64,000 nt of DNA from Glaucostegus cemiculus (Eukaryota): positions 18,786,001 to 18,850,000 of the forward strand of contig CDPCPM010000063.1 in assembly GCA_976551045.1 (NCBI GenBank), given 5' to 3'. Of the stretch, positions 37,721 through 51,240 are shown in pieces. The translations under genes were made by a program, and so were the position numbers. A model generated the notes under the pieces. It was given only the letters and a program-made list of their open reading frames with translations. It did not search any database and was not told the origin of the DNA. The first letter of the stretch is position 1, and the number at the start of each line of letters is the position of its first letter.

Positions 37721-38415
37721 ATTAGAAAAAAGTGGGGTAACCACTCACTTGATTGGAGAGGAATGGATGGTTACAAAATGTAAAGATATGTTTGAGTTAA
37801 TTTACATAATCATTTTGCTTTATTAAATTTTCTTCAATAATATTAACATGCATTTTAAGCATTGATGTGATGGGTTGAATGGCCTTCTGTGTCATAAGGA
37901 AATATGTAAGTATGCTTGTGTTTTATCTTCATTTTTTTCCAATTTTGATAATTAAACAAAAGTCGTTAGCATTCAGAAAAAATTGTGACAGGTTTGACAG
38001 CTGTACCAGGTGGTACAGCTTAGCTGACTACCAAAATTTCTTTCTTTAGTTTTATGGATGAGGCCTTTGCTGTCTCGTCTGGGTGACCACTTTGGTATAC
38101 TTGGGCCCTGCTAGACCACAGGGCATTGCCATTGAGTAGCAGGTGAGAATGACACCTGGGGAATAAACCAAAGGTAAATCTGGAGCTGTTGTGTAGGTCA
38201 GAGACAAGCATGGGAGACTTGCCACTGACAGGTTGGGTTAATGTTCCCATTAAAGTTGCGAATGGGAGTGTCACTGAAGAGTTTTACATTTATGGTTCCT
38301 AATAGCATTGTCAGTCCTTTCAGGATTTGTTTAAGCTGACTGCAAAGAGAACCATTAGTGAGGTACTATTGACATGAATTTGGAAACATTACTGATCACC
38401 ATTTTTCTGTTTTAG

Positions 38416-38604
<189 letters not shown>

Positions 38605-39329
38605 TAACTGAATGTATTTTCATCAATCCTTTAAATTTAGTGTCCATACCTCTAATATAATGATGCATGGGGGAATTATTGGTTGTGGTCTGTGACTAGT
38701 GCTCACCATTAATAACTCAATGAACACATCAGGACCTAAATCCTGACTCCATCTGTAACTCTGCATCTCATTACCATCCAAACACTAACTCTGACTCCTG
38801 ACATTTGTTTCCTGTCTTGCCCCCATTTGTCCTCTTTATCGTTGGCTATGGTGCTCTGCTTCTACATTTCCATGTCTTATTCAAACATTCAACCTATAAT
38901 GTATATGCTGACCCTCAATTCAATCCCTGTCCCCCACTAATTTTTCCTGTAATCTTTTTATTCCCCTCACTGGTATGAATTCAACATCACGTTTGCCTAC
39001 TAACTACATCCTGAGGCTGCCATAGTACCCTCATAGAATCATAGAGATTTGCAACACTGAAGGAGGCCATTTGGCCCATCATATCCTTACAGTCAAAAAG
39101 AAAATTTTGTTTAATTCCACTTTGCAGCTGTTGGCCCATTGCCCTGCAGGTTGCAAGGCTCTTCGAGTGCTCACTTTTTAAATATGGTGAGGATTTCTGT
39201 TGGGTTGTTTTGTCAACTTCCTTTTAGTTCTTCTGCCAATTAGCTGAAGCAGTGAGCTGGATGAGAAGAGACTGCCAGATGATAGGCTGGCACAATTGGC
39301 AAACAGATAGCAAATCAAATTTAATAATC

Positions 39330-39890
39330 AAAAATGTTAAGTGATATATTTTGACAGAAAAAACAAGAAGAGACAAATTGGATTAAATTGCACAGTTCCA
39401 AAGGTTGTGCAAAAACGGAGAGATGTACAGTATGTGCATACATCTTCAAAAATGGCAGGAGATGTTGAGGCAGCACGGGATCCTGGAATTCATAAATAGA
39501 GACACAGAGTAAAAGGAACATATGTTGAATCTTAAAAGACTAGTTCAGCAACAACTGGAGTATTGTGTCCAATTTTGTGTTCTTCAAGAAGTATGTGAAA
39601 GGTTTAGATTCATAGAGTTTTATTGCATAGAAACAGGACCATTGCTCCAACTCATTTATGCTGACCAAGATGCCTTTTTATGCCAATCACATTTGCCCAC
39701 ATTTGGCCCATATCACTCCAAACCTTTCCTATCCATGTACCTGTCCAGTTGTCCCATAAACATTGTAATTGTACCTGTCTCTACCATCTCCCCTGGCAGC
39801 TTGTGCCATATACCCACCACCTTCTGTGTGAAAAACTTGCCCCTCAGATCCCCTTTAAATCCTTCCCCTCTCACCTTAACCCTTGCCCTC
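39330..39890. mobile_element. Two opposed CR1 fragments (+ 39330-39600; - 39605-39890)
   Basis: LV..QLEYCVQF on the + strand, and an antisense 3' tail with catttggcccatatc...cccctcagatcccctttaaat. Confidence 0.75.
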
Positions 39891-40212
39891 TATTTGGCGA
39901 CTCTCCTTCTTTGCGCACATACAGATACTTTGATATTACAATATTAATTCACTCCTCATATCAATATTTTGGCCACTTTAACAGAAAGTGCCCAGACTTT
40001 AAAACAAAATAAACAAGCCGTTTTCTCCATTAATTCCCCCAACTACTGCAACATATTTCTCTCCTTAAAATTGCTGTTTGTCTTACTGTTTACAGATTTT
40101 TTTTTGCTTTGTCTAACTTCCATTAGACATAGTATTACACCATATACCCACCACACCCTGTGTGTAAAACTTGACTCTCAGATCTCCTTTAAATATTTCC
40201 CCTTTTCCTTAA

Positions 40213-40510
40213 AGATAAGATGAGATATCTTTATTAGTCACATGTTCATCGAAACACACAGTGAAATACATCTTTCTGTGTAGTGTTTTGGGGCAGCTTG
40301 CAAGTGTCACCACGCTTCCATCGCCAACATAGCATGCCCACAACTTCCTAACCTGTACGTCTTTGGATTGTGGGAGGAAACTGGAGCACCCAGAGGAAAC
40401 CTACGCAGACACGGGGAGAATGTACAACTCATTACAGACAGTGGCTGGAATTGAACCTGGGTCGCTGGTGCTGCAAAGCGTTATGCTAACCTCTACACTA
40501 CTGTGCCTGC
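40213..40510 (-). mobile_element. Full-length V-SINE with a Rex1-type tail, inserted in a CR1
   Basis: agataagatgagatatctttattagtcacatg...gctaacctctacactactgtgcc. CR1 sequence flanks both sides (40140-40212 and from 40511). Confidence 0.88.
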
Positions 40511-42400
40511 TATGTTCTTTAGTTTGAAACTTTCCTAGCCTTGAAAAAAGACTGACTACCTACCCTGTTTATGCCCCTCTTAATTGTATAAACCTGTATA
40601 AGGTCACCCTTCATCCTCCTGTGCTCTAGTGAGAACAATCCCAGCCTATCCAATCTCTCCTTGTAACTAAAGTCCTCCAGTCCAGGCAACACCCTGGTGA
40701 ATCTCTTCTGCACTCTTTCTAGTGCTACCACATGCTTTCTATAGTGTGGCAACCAAAACTGCACACAATATTCCAAGTGTGGCCTAACTAATATCTTGTA
40801 CAGTTGCAATATGATGTCCCAGCTCTCATATTCAATACCCCTGCCTATGAAGGCAAGCAAGATGAACACCTTCTTCTCTACCCTATCCAACTGTGTCTCC
40901 ATTTTTATGAACTGGCTCCCTCTGTACATCAACATTCATAAGGTCACTGCCATTCACTGTGTAGATCCAGCCAGTAGTAGGCGACACAAAATACATTACC
41001 TATGAAATGCATTACCTGTATCTTTGAGCATTACCTCAAATTACCCTATGCTTTCTTTCACTGAGACTATTTTTCTTGCAACCTGCTACTTTCATTGGGA
41101 TCCCATACTTTCTTAATCAATCTGACACAAAAGACTTTGTAAAAAGCCTTGCAAAAATCAATGTATACTACATCAAATGCTCTACCCTCATCAACACTCC
41201 TTACTAACTCCCCAAAATGTTTAATGAAATCAACCGAACATATTATTCCCTTAACAAATCCATGCTAACTGTTCTTGTTTAACCAGTATCTCGCTAAATG
41301 CTAATTAATGATGTCCTTCAGATTTTTTTGCAATAACTTTCCCACTATTAATGTCAGACTGACCAGCCTTCAGTTATTCATTCTATTCCATTCTTCTCTT
41401 TTAAACAATGATAGCACATCAGTCCTTCCATTCCTCTGTCACTTAGCTAATGAGAATTGGAAAAATACATTTCAAAACTTGTGCAATTTTCTTCCCTGCC
41501 TCCTATAAGAGCCTGAGGTGCATTTTACCTGGGTGTGGAAATTCATCCCCTTTTGAAGTTGCAGAACCCTGAATACATCCTCTCTTCCCTGTAATTACAC
41601 TTTGAATACTGCATATTTTTCCTCCTTACAGTCAATGGCTATTTCATCCCCTTCTTTAATGAAGACAGACGCAAAATATCCATATGGAACTTTGCACATA
41701 TCTTCCATCTCCACATTCAAGTTGCCACTTTCCAATTCTCTTTCCCTTTACAAATTCATAGAAAATCATAAGGTTTTCCTTGATGTTATCTACCAATATT
41801 TTTTGTGTCGCCTCTTTCTTATTCTTACTCTTACTCTTATTGCCACCTTATTCTTCCCTGGATTTTCCTTGACATCAGCTGGTCTAGAATTGGAAGCTCT
41901 CCATTTTTCTTTTGTTGGGCACATATGCTTTCTGAACTTTTATTGCCTCCACCTTGGATGCCTCACATTGCTCTGGGACTGATTTATCTTTAATCAGTTG
42001 TTGCCGTCCAGTTTTGCCCTAAATTATACTTTCATGTGACTGGCTCTTTCTCATTCCTCAATTACACTAATTTCTGGATCTTATTAGTATATCACCCACC
42101 CTCAAAACTGAAATTATTTCCTAAAACAGTATTGTTACATGGAAGCTAATTTATGTCTCATCCATCTCACCTGAAAATCTGTCTCCAGGAATTTATTGCT
42201 GCCTCTGCTGACCATCAACAAGCCATGTTTCAGTGAAGATCACCATGTCATACTCCCACACCTCTATCGGTGCCCTCAGTCTATCACCTTTCTCCCCTAG
42301 ATTCCTTCAGTTAATATATATACAAATATGTAAAAAAGCTTCTTTTTCCCAGCCTTTTTCTCTTTGCTTTCTAAACTAATTTCTCTATCTAATAGACTCA
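40511..42400 (-). mobile_element. CR1 LINE fragments (a younger 3' part, then an older 5' part)
   Basis: Encodes LYKILVRPHLEYCVQFWLPHYRK..LERVQKRFTRVLPGL. Degenerate QHGF and DF.KAF.KV lie further 5'. Confidence 0.85.
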
Positions 42401-44719
42401 TTCACCAAACTCCTGCTTTCCACATCCAATTTGCTCTCTCCCTTTTAAAAGTGCTGTAAGGTTCCTTTCTCTCTGCCATACTCAATGTAAACCCACTGGA
42501 AGACCACCAGCAAACTACCTCTGATGTCACTGGTTTTGGCCCTGTTAAGGTGCATCCAGCCAACCTATATAGGTTCCAGCCTTCCCAGCACTGGTTCCAT
42601 AGCCCCAACCAACCAAAGCCCACCCTTCTGCACCCACATGTTCATTTGCACTTACTGCCTATCATAGATGCCAAATTAGAGCAAATATTTTCCATGACCC
42701 CTAAACTGATTTGACTATCTTGATCACAGCAAACTTGTGACATGGGCTTCTGAGGCAATACTTCTCTCTCTGGGCAACCATGGTGAGTAATGGGAAATTT
42801 TAATCCTTAGATTTTAATGCACACGGGGATTGAAACCACAAAGGCCTGGATCAATTCATCTACAGTGCCAGGTCAGATTCACAAATGCATTTGTACGTAT
42901 GTCTCAAGCTTTCTCGATCAATATTTCATGAAACTTTTGACGTAAAAGAATGAATCATTCTTCCCATGAAGAAATTTTCCATTTATTACCCCATCTTTAA
43001 TTTAAAAGGGAATAATTTTTCCTTTAAAAGTAAATTCTTTTCACATGCAGTACAAAGTAATATATTGGAATGGTGGAAAAAAATGGGAAATAAGTTGATC
43101 ATAAATGCTACACATTCCATTGTTTCTATGAATTTACTGCTCCAGCTCACACCCGTTAGTGGTTTACAAATTATTATAAATATAGAATAATCACAATGTT
43201 CAAAAGAACTGGAGTTAAAAGGTAATAAATCTTGAGAACTTTATATAACCTGTAAAATTGATATTAAACAGTATAGATTGCAGACAACTGAAGTGGAGAA
43301 TTTGTATGTATGCTTATGAAATTGCTTAAGGTGCTTTGTAATCAGCGTCATAAACTTTGTAATGTTGCAATTAATAATGAACTGTAAACTGAAATTGAAG
43401 CAGATGCTAATGTTACAAGCATAGAAACTATTACCATCTCTGTCAGAGTTTACTGCCAAGCAAGAAAATCATTGAACTAGGATCTAACTGCAGAAATAGG
43501 TACGCTAATAATGCACCCTGTTACTAATATAGAAATTGGTGTGCAAATTTCAATATTTAAGAAGTAGGCCATGAATTACAATCTCCAAAATTTGCTGGTA
43601 AATTTCTGCTACTCATTTTGCTTTGCACAATTTGCCTACACTCAATTACTATTAAGAACTTGTTGAACTTGTGCCTTGACTTTTAAGCTTGCCACAGAAA
43701 GTTAACTCAGGCAAATAAGAAGATGCATTCTTGATAAAAGGTGAATTAACTTGTCTAACTATAAGAAAAGAACACTTTAAGCTGTTGACTTTATTGTTAA
43801 ATCTTTTCTTTGGGTGGATATTGGGCCTTAGAAGTTTACATTATATTTTTCTTACTTTTACTGTATGTCTCATATATCTCTTCTCTCTTTCTCTCCAGTC
43901 ATTCTCCCTGTTTGTTATTTCTTTTCCTGCATCTGTTTTGACCATATTTCACAAGAATTTCCTCGCACTCACTTCCAGAATTAGCAAGGGCTGAAACCTG
44001 TGCTGATCAGTGGTTTACTAAAGAAACCTTCCCTTAAGAGGAGAAGGAACCCAGGATCCCTTTGGGGCATTTAGTAAGTTTAGTGAAAGAAGTTTGAAAG
44101 AAGTAAGGCAAGTTTCTGCACCAAACTTTGTAGTTTGATATATGAACCAGACAAGTCTACAGCACAAGTTAATCATTCCTTGAGATTGATCAGGCAACCT
44201 TGATTATTAAAAGGTGGAGTAATAGCCCTGATGTTGGTGGCTGGGATTTTTCGCTCAGGACAGTGAATTGCTTGGTGCGACTGGCTGTACACTTGAAATG
44301 GGCAAAGAGGGACTCAGGAGATGAATGGATAATTCTCTACAGCTTGATTATGGAATTCTTCAATCTCTGTGCCTGGTATGCATCTGGATTACACAAAAAT
44401 AAAAGCGTTGAATTTAGTGCTGACGATATGGAAAGAATAACAGAAATTCACTGATGAATAAAATGACCCAGGATATAGATCAATAATGCAATAGTATCTC
44501 CCCATAGTGCATGGATGTGTGCATCATACATTTCATACCAAGTCACATTTGTGTCAGAATATTTCAAATATCTATTAATATTCAAATATCATACTAATTT
44601 GCCTAATTATATAAAAAACACCAATTAAGTGCATACATGTGCTATTAACTGTCTGCCCAAGGATTTTCCGGCATCAAGCCGGGATTGAATAGCCTCCTTC
44701 TATGTCATAAGAAAAAAAC

Positions 44720-47580
44720 AAGAAATAGGTTATATTGATATTCAGAAGACATTTGACAAAGTCACAAGTCGACAGATGGTTAGTAGATTTGAGGCAAATG
44801 AAATAAAGGCGTCTGTGTCAGTATGGATAAAAAAATAGTCCAGACAGAGAACAGAGCGTCGTAGTAAGCATTCTTTATCACACTGGAGAATGGCAGTTGG
44901 TGATGGTATCCCAGGCTCAGTGCTGGGATCATTGATTTTCAGATATATAACTTGGATATATGTCTGTAGGATAGAATTTAATCCTATTTGTCAGCATTTG
45001 GACCATATCCCTCTAAAGATTTCCTATCCATGTACCTGCCCAAATGGCTTTTAAATAATGTAATTGTATCAGGTCTACCACTTCCCCTGGCAGCTCATTC
45101 CATATACTCACCACCCTCTGTGGGAGAAACCTGCTCCTCAGATCCCCTTTGACTATTTTCCCTCTCACCTTAAACCTATGTCCTCTAGTTTTGGACTCTC
45201 CTACTCTGGAAAAAAGACTGTGCCTATCTACCCTATCTACTGTATGTCCTCATAATTTTATAAACCTTTATGAGGTCACCCCTCAGCCTCCTCCACCCCA
45301 GGGAAAACAGTCCCAGCCCATCCAATCTCTCTTTATAACTCAAGCCCTCCAGTCCAGACAACCTTCCTGTGAATCTTCTCTGCACCTCTCTAGCTTAATC
45401 ACTTCCTTCATACAGTATGGTAACTAGACTGCCCTATGGCCTAAACAATGATTTGAACAACTGTAACATAACGTCTCAACTCCTATACTCAGTGCCTCAG
45501 CCGATAAGGGCAAATATACTATAAACTTCTTCACCACGCTGTTTACCCATGCCACCACTTTCAGGGAACTATATACTTGTACCCCAAGGTCTTGCTGTTT
45601 AAATAATGTTCCCAAGTGCCCGACTATTAATTGTGTGTGGTCTAGCCTAGTTTAACTTCCCAAAGTGCATCACTTCACACTTATCTGAGTTAAATTTCAT
45701 CTGCTATTCCCTTGCCTACTTTCCCAATTGACCTATGATCTTAGATAACCTATTTCATTGTCCACTATACCACTAATTTTGGTGTCAACTGCAAGCTTGC
45801 TATTTATGCCACCTACATTCTCTTCCAAATCAATAATAAGGGACCCAGCACTGGTCCCTGCAACACACCACTGGTTATGGGTCTCCAATCTGAAAAGCAA
45901 ACCTCTGCTACCACCCTCTGCCCCCACCACCAAGTCAATTTTGTATGTAGTTTGCTATCTCACCCTAGATCCCATGATTTCTAACCTTCTGGACCAGCCT
46001 ACCATGTGGGACCTTGTCAAGGACCTCGCTGAAGTTCATATAGATAATGTCTATTACCCTGTTCTTGTCAGTCCTCTTGGTCACCTCCTTAAATGGTTCA
46101 ATCAAACTTGTGAGACATGATCTCCCTCAAAGCCATGCTGATTATCTGTAATCAGCTCTGCTTTTCCAAATGCAAATAAACCCTGTCTCTCAGAATCCCT
46201 TCCAGTTACTTTCGCACTACTGAGGTTAGGCTCACCAGCCTTCAGTTTCCTAGCTTGTCATTATTGTCTTTCTTAAGTAAAGGCACAACATTACCCAGCT
46301 TCCAGTCTTTCAGTGCCTCACCCATTGCTAACGAAGATACAAGAATCTCTGCCATGCCCCCAGCAATCTCATCTCTTGCTTCTGACAACATCCTTGGTCC
46401 ACCTTTAAGTGTTTCAAGACCACCAAAGCTTCCTCCTTCATAATGTTCACATGCATCGGAATATCACTGTTTTCTTGAACTCACTAGCTTCCACAGTAAA
46501 TACAGATGAGAAGTATTTAAGACCTTGCCGTCTCCTATAGTTCCACACATAAATTATCACACTGTTCTTTAGCGGGGCCTACTCTCTCCCCAGTTACCCT
46601 TTCGTCCTTAATATACTTAAAGAATTGTTTAGGATTCTCCATTACCTTATCTGCTAGGGATAACTATTGCCCTCCTGGTTTCCTTCTTAAGTGTACTCCT
46701 ACACCCTTTCTACTCCTCAAGGGACTTGCTTGATCCCAACTGCCTATACCTGACAAATCCTTCTTTTTCCTGACCTGAGCCTCAATATTACTTGTCAACC
46801 AGGGTTCCCTAATCTTGCTCTTCACTCTAACAGGAAGATATTGGCCCTGAACTCTCCCCATCTCACTTTTAAAAGCCTCCCACTTGCCAGACATCTCCTT
46901 ACCTACTGACACCCTCTTCCAATCAACCTTTGCAAGTTCCTGTCTAATGCCATCAACATTAGCCGTATCTCAACTTACAACTTTAAGTTGAGGACAAGTC
47001 CTACCTTTTTCCATAACACGCTTGAAAGTAATAAAATTATTGTCACTGGTCCCAAAGTGTTCCCCTGAATGACACATCAGTCACACGCCCAGAGAGAATG
47101 TCTTAGGGAAAAGTAGAACCAATTTAGTAAAACAGGTTCAAGGATGAGGGATTTGTTTGGAGAAGTTGAAGTTTTTCTCCCTGGAGCAAAAAAAGGATGA
47201 GAAGGGATTTAAGAGAAGTGAACAAGATCATGAAGGGTTTTGATAGGATGGATAGAAAAAAACAATTGTTCTCATTTGCATATCATTGATAAATCAGGAG
47301 AAGCAGATGTAAAGTGATGGATAATAGAGAGAGACAAGTGAAGAAAAGTGTTTTTATGCAAAGAGCGGTTATCAACTGAAACTCACTGCCTGTAAGGATA
47401 ATGGAAATGGACTCAGTCAAGGCTTTCAGTAGGTACTAGCTACAGATCTAAGAGAAACTAATTTGCAGGGCTACAGGACAAGAATAGATGAATGGGACTG
47501 AGTCGATTGTTCGACAAGGAGCTGGCTAGGCTTAATGGGCTGCATGGACTCCAATCCCATAACAACTCTATAATTCTACT
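44720..47580. mobile_element. CR1 (- strand, about 44975-47090) between older + strand CR1 pieces (44720-44970 and 47130-47580)
   Basis: Antisense ORF2 motifs (WEAFKSEM.RVQ, PWLT, KLAVDTKISG). The + strand has DIQKTFDKV upstream and a 3' tail downstream. Confidence 0.85.
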
Positions 47581-47676
47581 GTAATGTCTTGGCTTTGCTT
47601 TTCTGTTCTAGCAGTGAGTGCATCATTATAAAACATTTGTTTAAACTTGACTAATATATTTATTTATTTCTTGCAG

Positions 47677-47880
47677 GTCATTTGTGATAAAATATTCCGT
47701 CCTTTATTCTCACCACAGCTGAGTGAACTCAGGGTGTACCATCCATTGCAATCCCAGCTGTATAAAGCAGTACAGAGGTGCGCTGAGCTTTCCAACCATG
47801 GGAGTGTAGATAAGAAGATGACAGAGGGCACATTCTCTGAACTGTACAATTTGTTTAAGGCTGGTCAGAGAGAACAATGA
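47677..47880 (+). CDS. DIPK1C: DIPK1C-like exon 4 (terminal coding exon)
   Basis: Acceptor tttcttgcag|GTC. Encodes VICDKIFRPLFS...LQSQLYKAVQRC..., with TGA at 47878-47880. Total protein is 62+232+55+67 = 416 aa. Confidence 0.93.
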   Translation, partial: VICDKIFRPLFSPQLSELRVYHPLQSQLYKAVQRCAELSNHGSVDKKMTEGTFSELYNLFKAGQREQ

Positions 47881-47886
47881 AATAAA
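47881..47886 (+). terminator. Candidate proximal polyadenylation signal immediately after the stop codon
   Basis: TGA is followed directly by AATAAA. Distal AATAAA candidates lie near 53132 and 53437 in AT-rich UTR-like sequence. Confidence 0.35.
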
Positions 47887-50839
47887 AGCAACTAACTGAC
47901 TACCCAAATAGTTAAAGAGTAGCCTCCGTCACATTGTTCATCTACATTGGTATCCAAGGGACCTCCACAACAAGCCACTGTGTTCACCTTAAGGGTGATC
48001 TTCAGATCTAACTATCGTGACTATTGTACAAATTTCACGTTTACAGCTGGAACAACAGGGACAGTTTTAACCAGCATGCGAGAATATGAAGGCTGAAAAA
48101 TAATTCATTTGTCACCTTAGCTGATCTTTGTCCATTTCTTTTCATCCATCAACAGTTTGACGGCATGAACATTGCAGGCAGCTGAGACACCTGAAGTGCC
48201 CTAATCCTGGATGGAGCAGCACTGCTATATTGGAAAAGATAATTGGCTTCTCTGTCTGACATTGACATGGGATGTCAGTGGAACTAGTAAAGAGGATGTG
48301 GGTTTGGGGCAGGGAATTCCCAGTCTAGCCTTAACCCCTAACCTGATGAAGCCATCGCACAGTTAGAAGTGCATGGTGACTGGAAGGAGCACTGTGGAGG
48401 GGGCTGTGAATAGAGCCCTGGGGTGAGATTCAACTCCCCCCTATAACCTATCATCCTCCCAATGCCAGGCTGTGTCTTTGGGGCTGACCCAATGCCAGCC
48501 TGGTTCCCCATGGCTGACCTGATGTGGATGTCAGGCTGGAAGGTCCTAGTGTGCAGTCTCAGGGAGTGATGGGACCTGGCAACATAGAGCAGACAGGACC
48601 TGGGTCACAGGCAAAGCAGTGCTCTGACCCAGGGAATGGGCTGTGCCCAGCACCAGAGAACTGTTAGGATCTAAGGTCAGGGATCAAGAGAGTCAGGGAC
48701 CATATCTGGCTAAATTCAAACTTCTAGCATCTAGATCCAGGACCATATCCCAGGATACCACACTAGTGGACACAGGTCAGTCACTATAAATGTCCACAAT
48801 ACTGGTGGAGAGAGGTTTCCCACTGTCACTAATTTCAATTCCAAGTAGCTCTTTTGAATAGCTGATATAGGCATGGTGGGTGAATGGTCCGTTGAATTAC
48901 CTTCCCTTCCCCTGTCTCTTGCTCTGTACTTCATCTTGTTAGAGACAGGCACATGTACCTGAACTTAAGGGAATCCATGATAGCTACTGAGAAAGAATCT
49001 GAAGGAATTATGTCCTGCTTTGGGGAACTCTGAGGGCTGCAGTGTTTTCAATAAATGGTCAGATTTCAGGAACAGGTGATGGTAGATCCTACTGTACAGT
49101 ACATTTTCTTTTTCCTCTTTCACTTAATATTTCACAGAGTGCTAACAGTTACATAAGACCATTTGGCCCATTGGATCTTCTGTTATGTCTTGAAGTACAT
49201 TTCCACCTTGCCCATAAACCCCACCCATAACAACCCTCATCCACAAACTCCCCCTCATTAATGGAATACAGTGCTGGCAACTCTGTCACTGAGGCTGGCA
49301 GAAGCCTAGAGAATGGAATGTAAAGTAGTCTTATGTTGACATTGAGATTCAACATAGAACTGAAGTCAGAAATCTGAAAACCTAATTTTCACGTAACCTA
49401 CTTGCTGAAAACTATTGGGAATGATTTCACATACTGCAGGATTCAGTAGTACGGTCTGAAAACACTGTGCACTGGTGAACTGTTTGGAATTGAAGGAATT
49501 TTTAATTTTGGATTTGTTTTTAATCTATATTTGGGATGTGGGAGACTCCAGCATTCAACCTGTACCTCTGGTTATCAAGGCTTTCAGATATTTTCCCTGT
49601 CCAATCCATTCATAAGTTTAAACACCCCTATCAACCATAATGGCAGTCATTGATGCTTTAAGGAGAACAACCCAATTTCAATTCACATAACTATAATCCT
49701 TCAGACCTGGAGCTGTTTATCCTGTATACCCTTCATAACTTTTCTGAACAGTGATGCCTGGATTTGAATAAAATATCTAACTGGGATCAAACAAGGTGTT
49801 TCTTCAAGTTTAGCTTAACTTCCTAGCTTTTGTAGTTTATGCATCTAATTATCTATGCTAAATATTTATGTTTTTTATATCCTGTTACCTTCAAAGATTT
49901 GTGCATATGCACCACCAGTTCTTGTTATTTTTATGGTCCTCTTGAAATAGAACCATCTAGAACTTTGTCCTGTTTTTATGGCAACTTTCCACATTGTTGG
50001 GTTAATGCTTTGTTAAAACTGGACCACAACAGCTTAGCTAAAGTAAAGCTACTTACTTTATTTGGAATGAAGTCCCTGCAGAACTTTCACTTTCCCCTCA
50101 ACCCTGCTTCTTTCCCACTCAGGGTACACTCAGTGCCATTGCTACTGTCTGTCCTTCCATGCAAGTGGTCTTCAACATAGAGATGTACCAGTTCATGTGT
50201 TGAGGGAATGCAGCAGGTGATAACCAAGAGCTAGCTGGCCTGTCAAAAGATTGTGCTGCTATTCTTCAGCTTCATAAAGAAGACTTATTCCTTGCTGCAC
50301 TAGAATATTATGCATGTATTTATTTACCTTGCAGACTATTAGAGGGCATCTCAGGCATCTTACATCTTATAGCTAATGGTCCATTACAGTGTCAATGGGT
50401 ATCCACTGCCATATTTCCCAGCTTGAACCTATGTGTCATTCTTCAAAGGCAAGGGTGAAGAGGAAAGCAAAACAGTCACAAGGCTTGTAACTAGAGATGG
50501 AAGGGGATAAATTAATAGGCCATAGCTGCAAGTCAACTTCTCAATTCCACTTCCTGAAACCAACCCCTGCTGTACAAATCCTTGCTCACTGCTTACTTAA
50601 TCTGCATTGAAACCATTAAGCTGATTTGTACAACAATGATTTACTGACTCAGAAAGTACTCTACACAACATACTGCATATCAACATGCAGAAGTAGTAAG
50701 GTTTTTAATGAACACCCAAACTGAGTTTCATTAAATCATTAAACAGCAAACGTTAATCCCCCATCTCCTTGAAAAAAAATTACTAATTCATCTGATTCTA
50801 TGCAGTGGCTTCCCTCAAGTCAAGTGGTAGCATGCTGTG

Positions 50840-51240
50840 GACATTTTGCAGAAAGCATAAAAGACCTCTCAGATGTCATGATCCCACCAAAGGCTTTGCA
50901 TCCAGTGAAACATTTCTGAAATCTAATCTCTAAGTTGTGGCAAACGTTAATGAGAAATGATCAGATCATCTGGTTCACTTATTTTAGTTAATGATAAATA
51001 ATGGACAGGCCATGGGAGAAAGCCTCATGTCATCACTTCTCCTTCCTACACATCATCTCTACTAGCCTCTCCCGACTTAGAAGTTGATTGTGCCCAGAAT
51101 CCAAGCAATATTCATATCTAGCACCATGAAACCTGCAAAGATAGGTAACTCAAATTTTTGTTGAGGCCCCAGCTGCAGTGTAGATTTAATAGTAACTCCG
51201 AAAAGCTAGAAGCATACTTCCCATTTGCTCAGAGACCATG
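50840..51240 (-). mobile_element. Degraded DeuSINE-like element
   Basis: cccaccaaaggctttgcatccagtgaaacatttctgaa and aatgagaaatgatcagatcatct are antisense to the 62150 family. Confidence 0.5.
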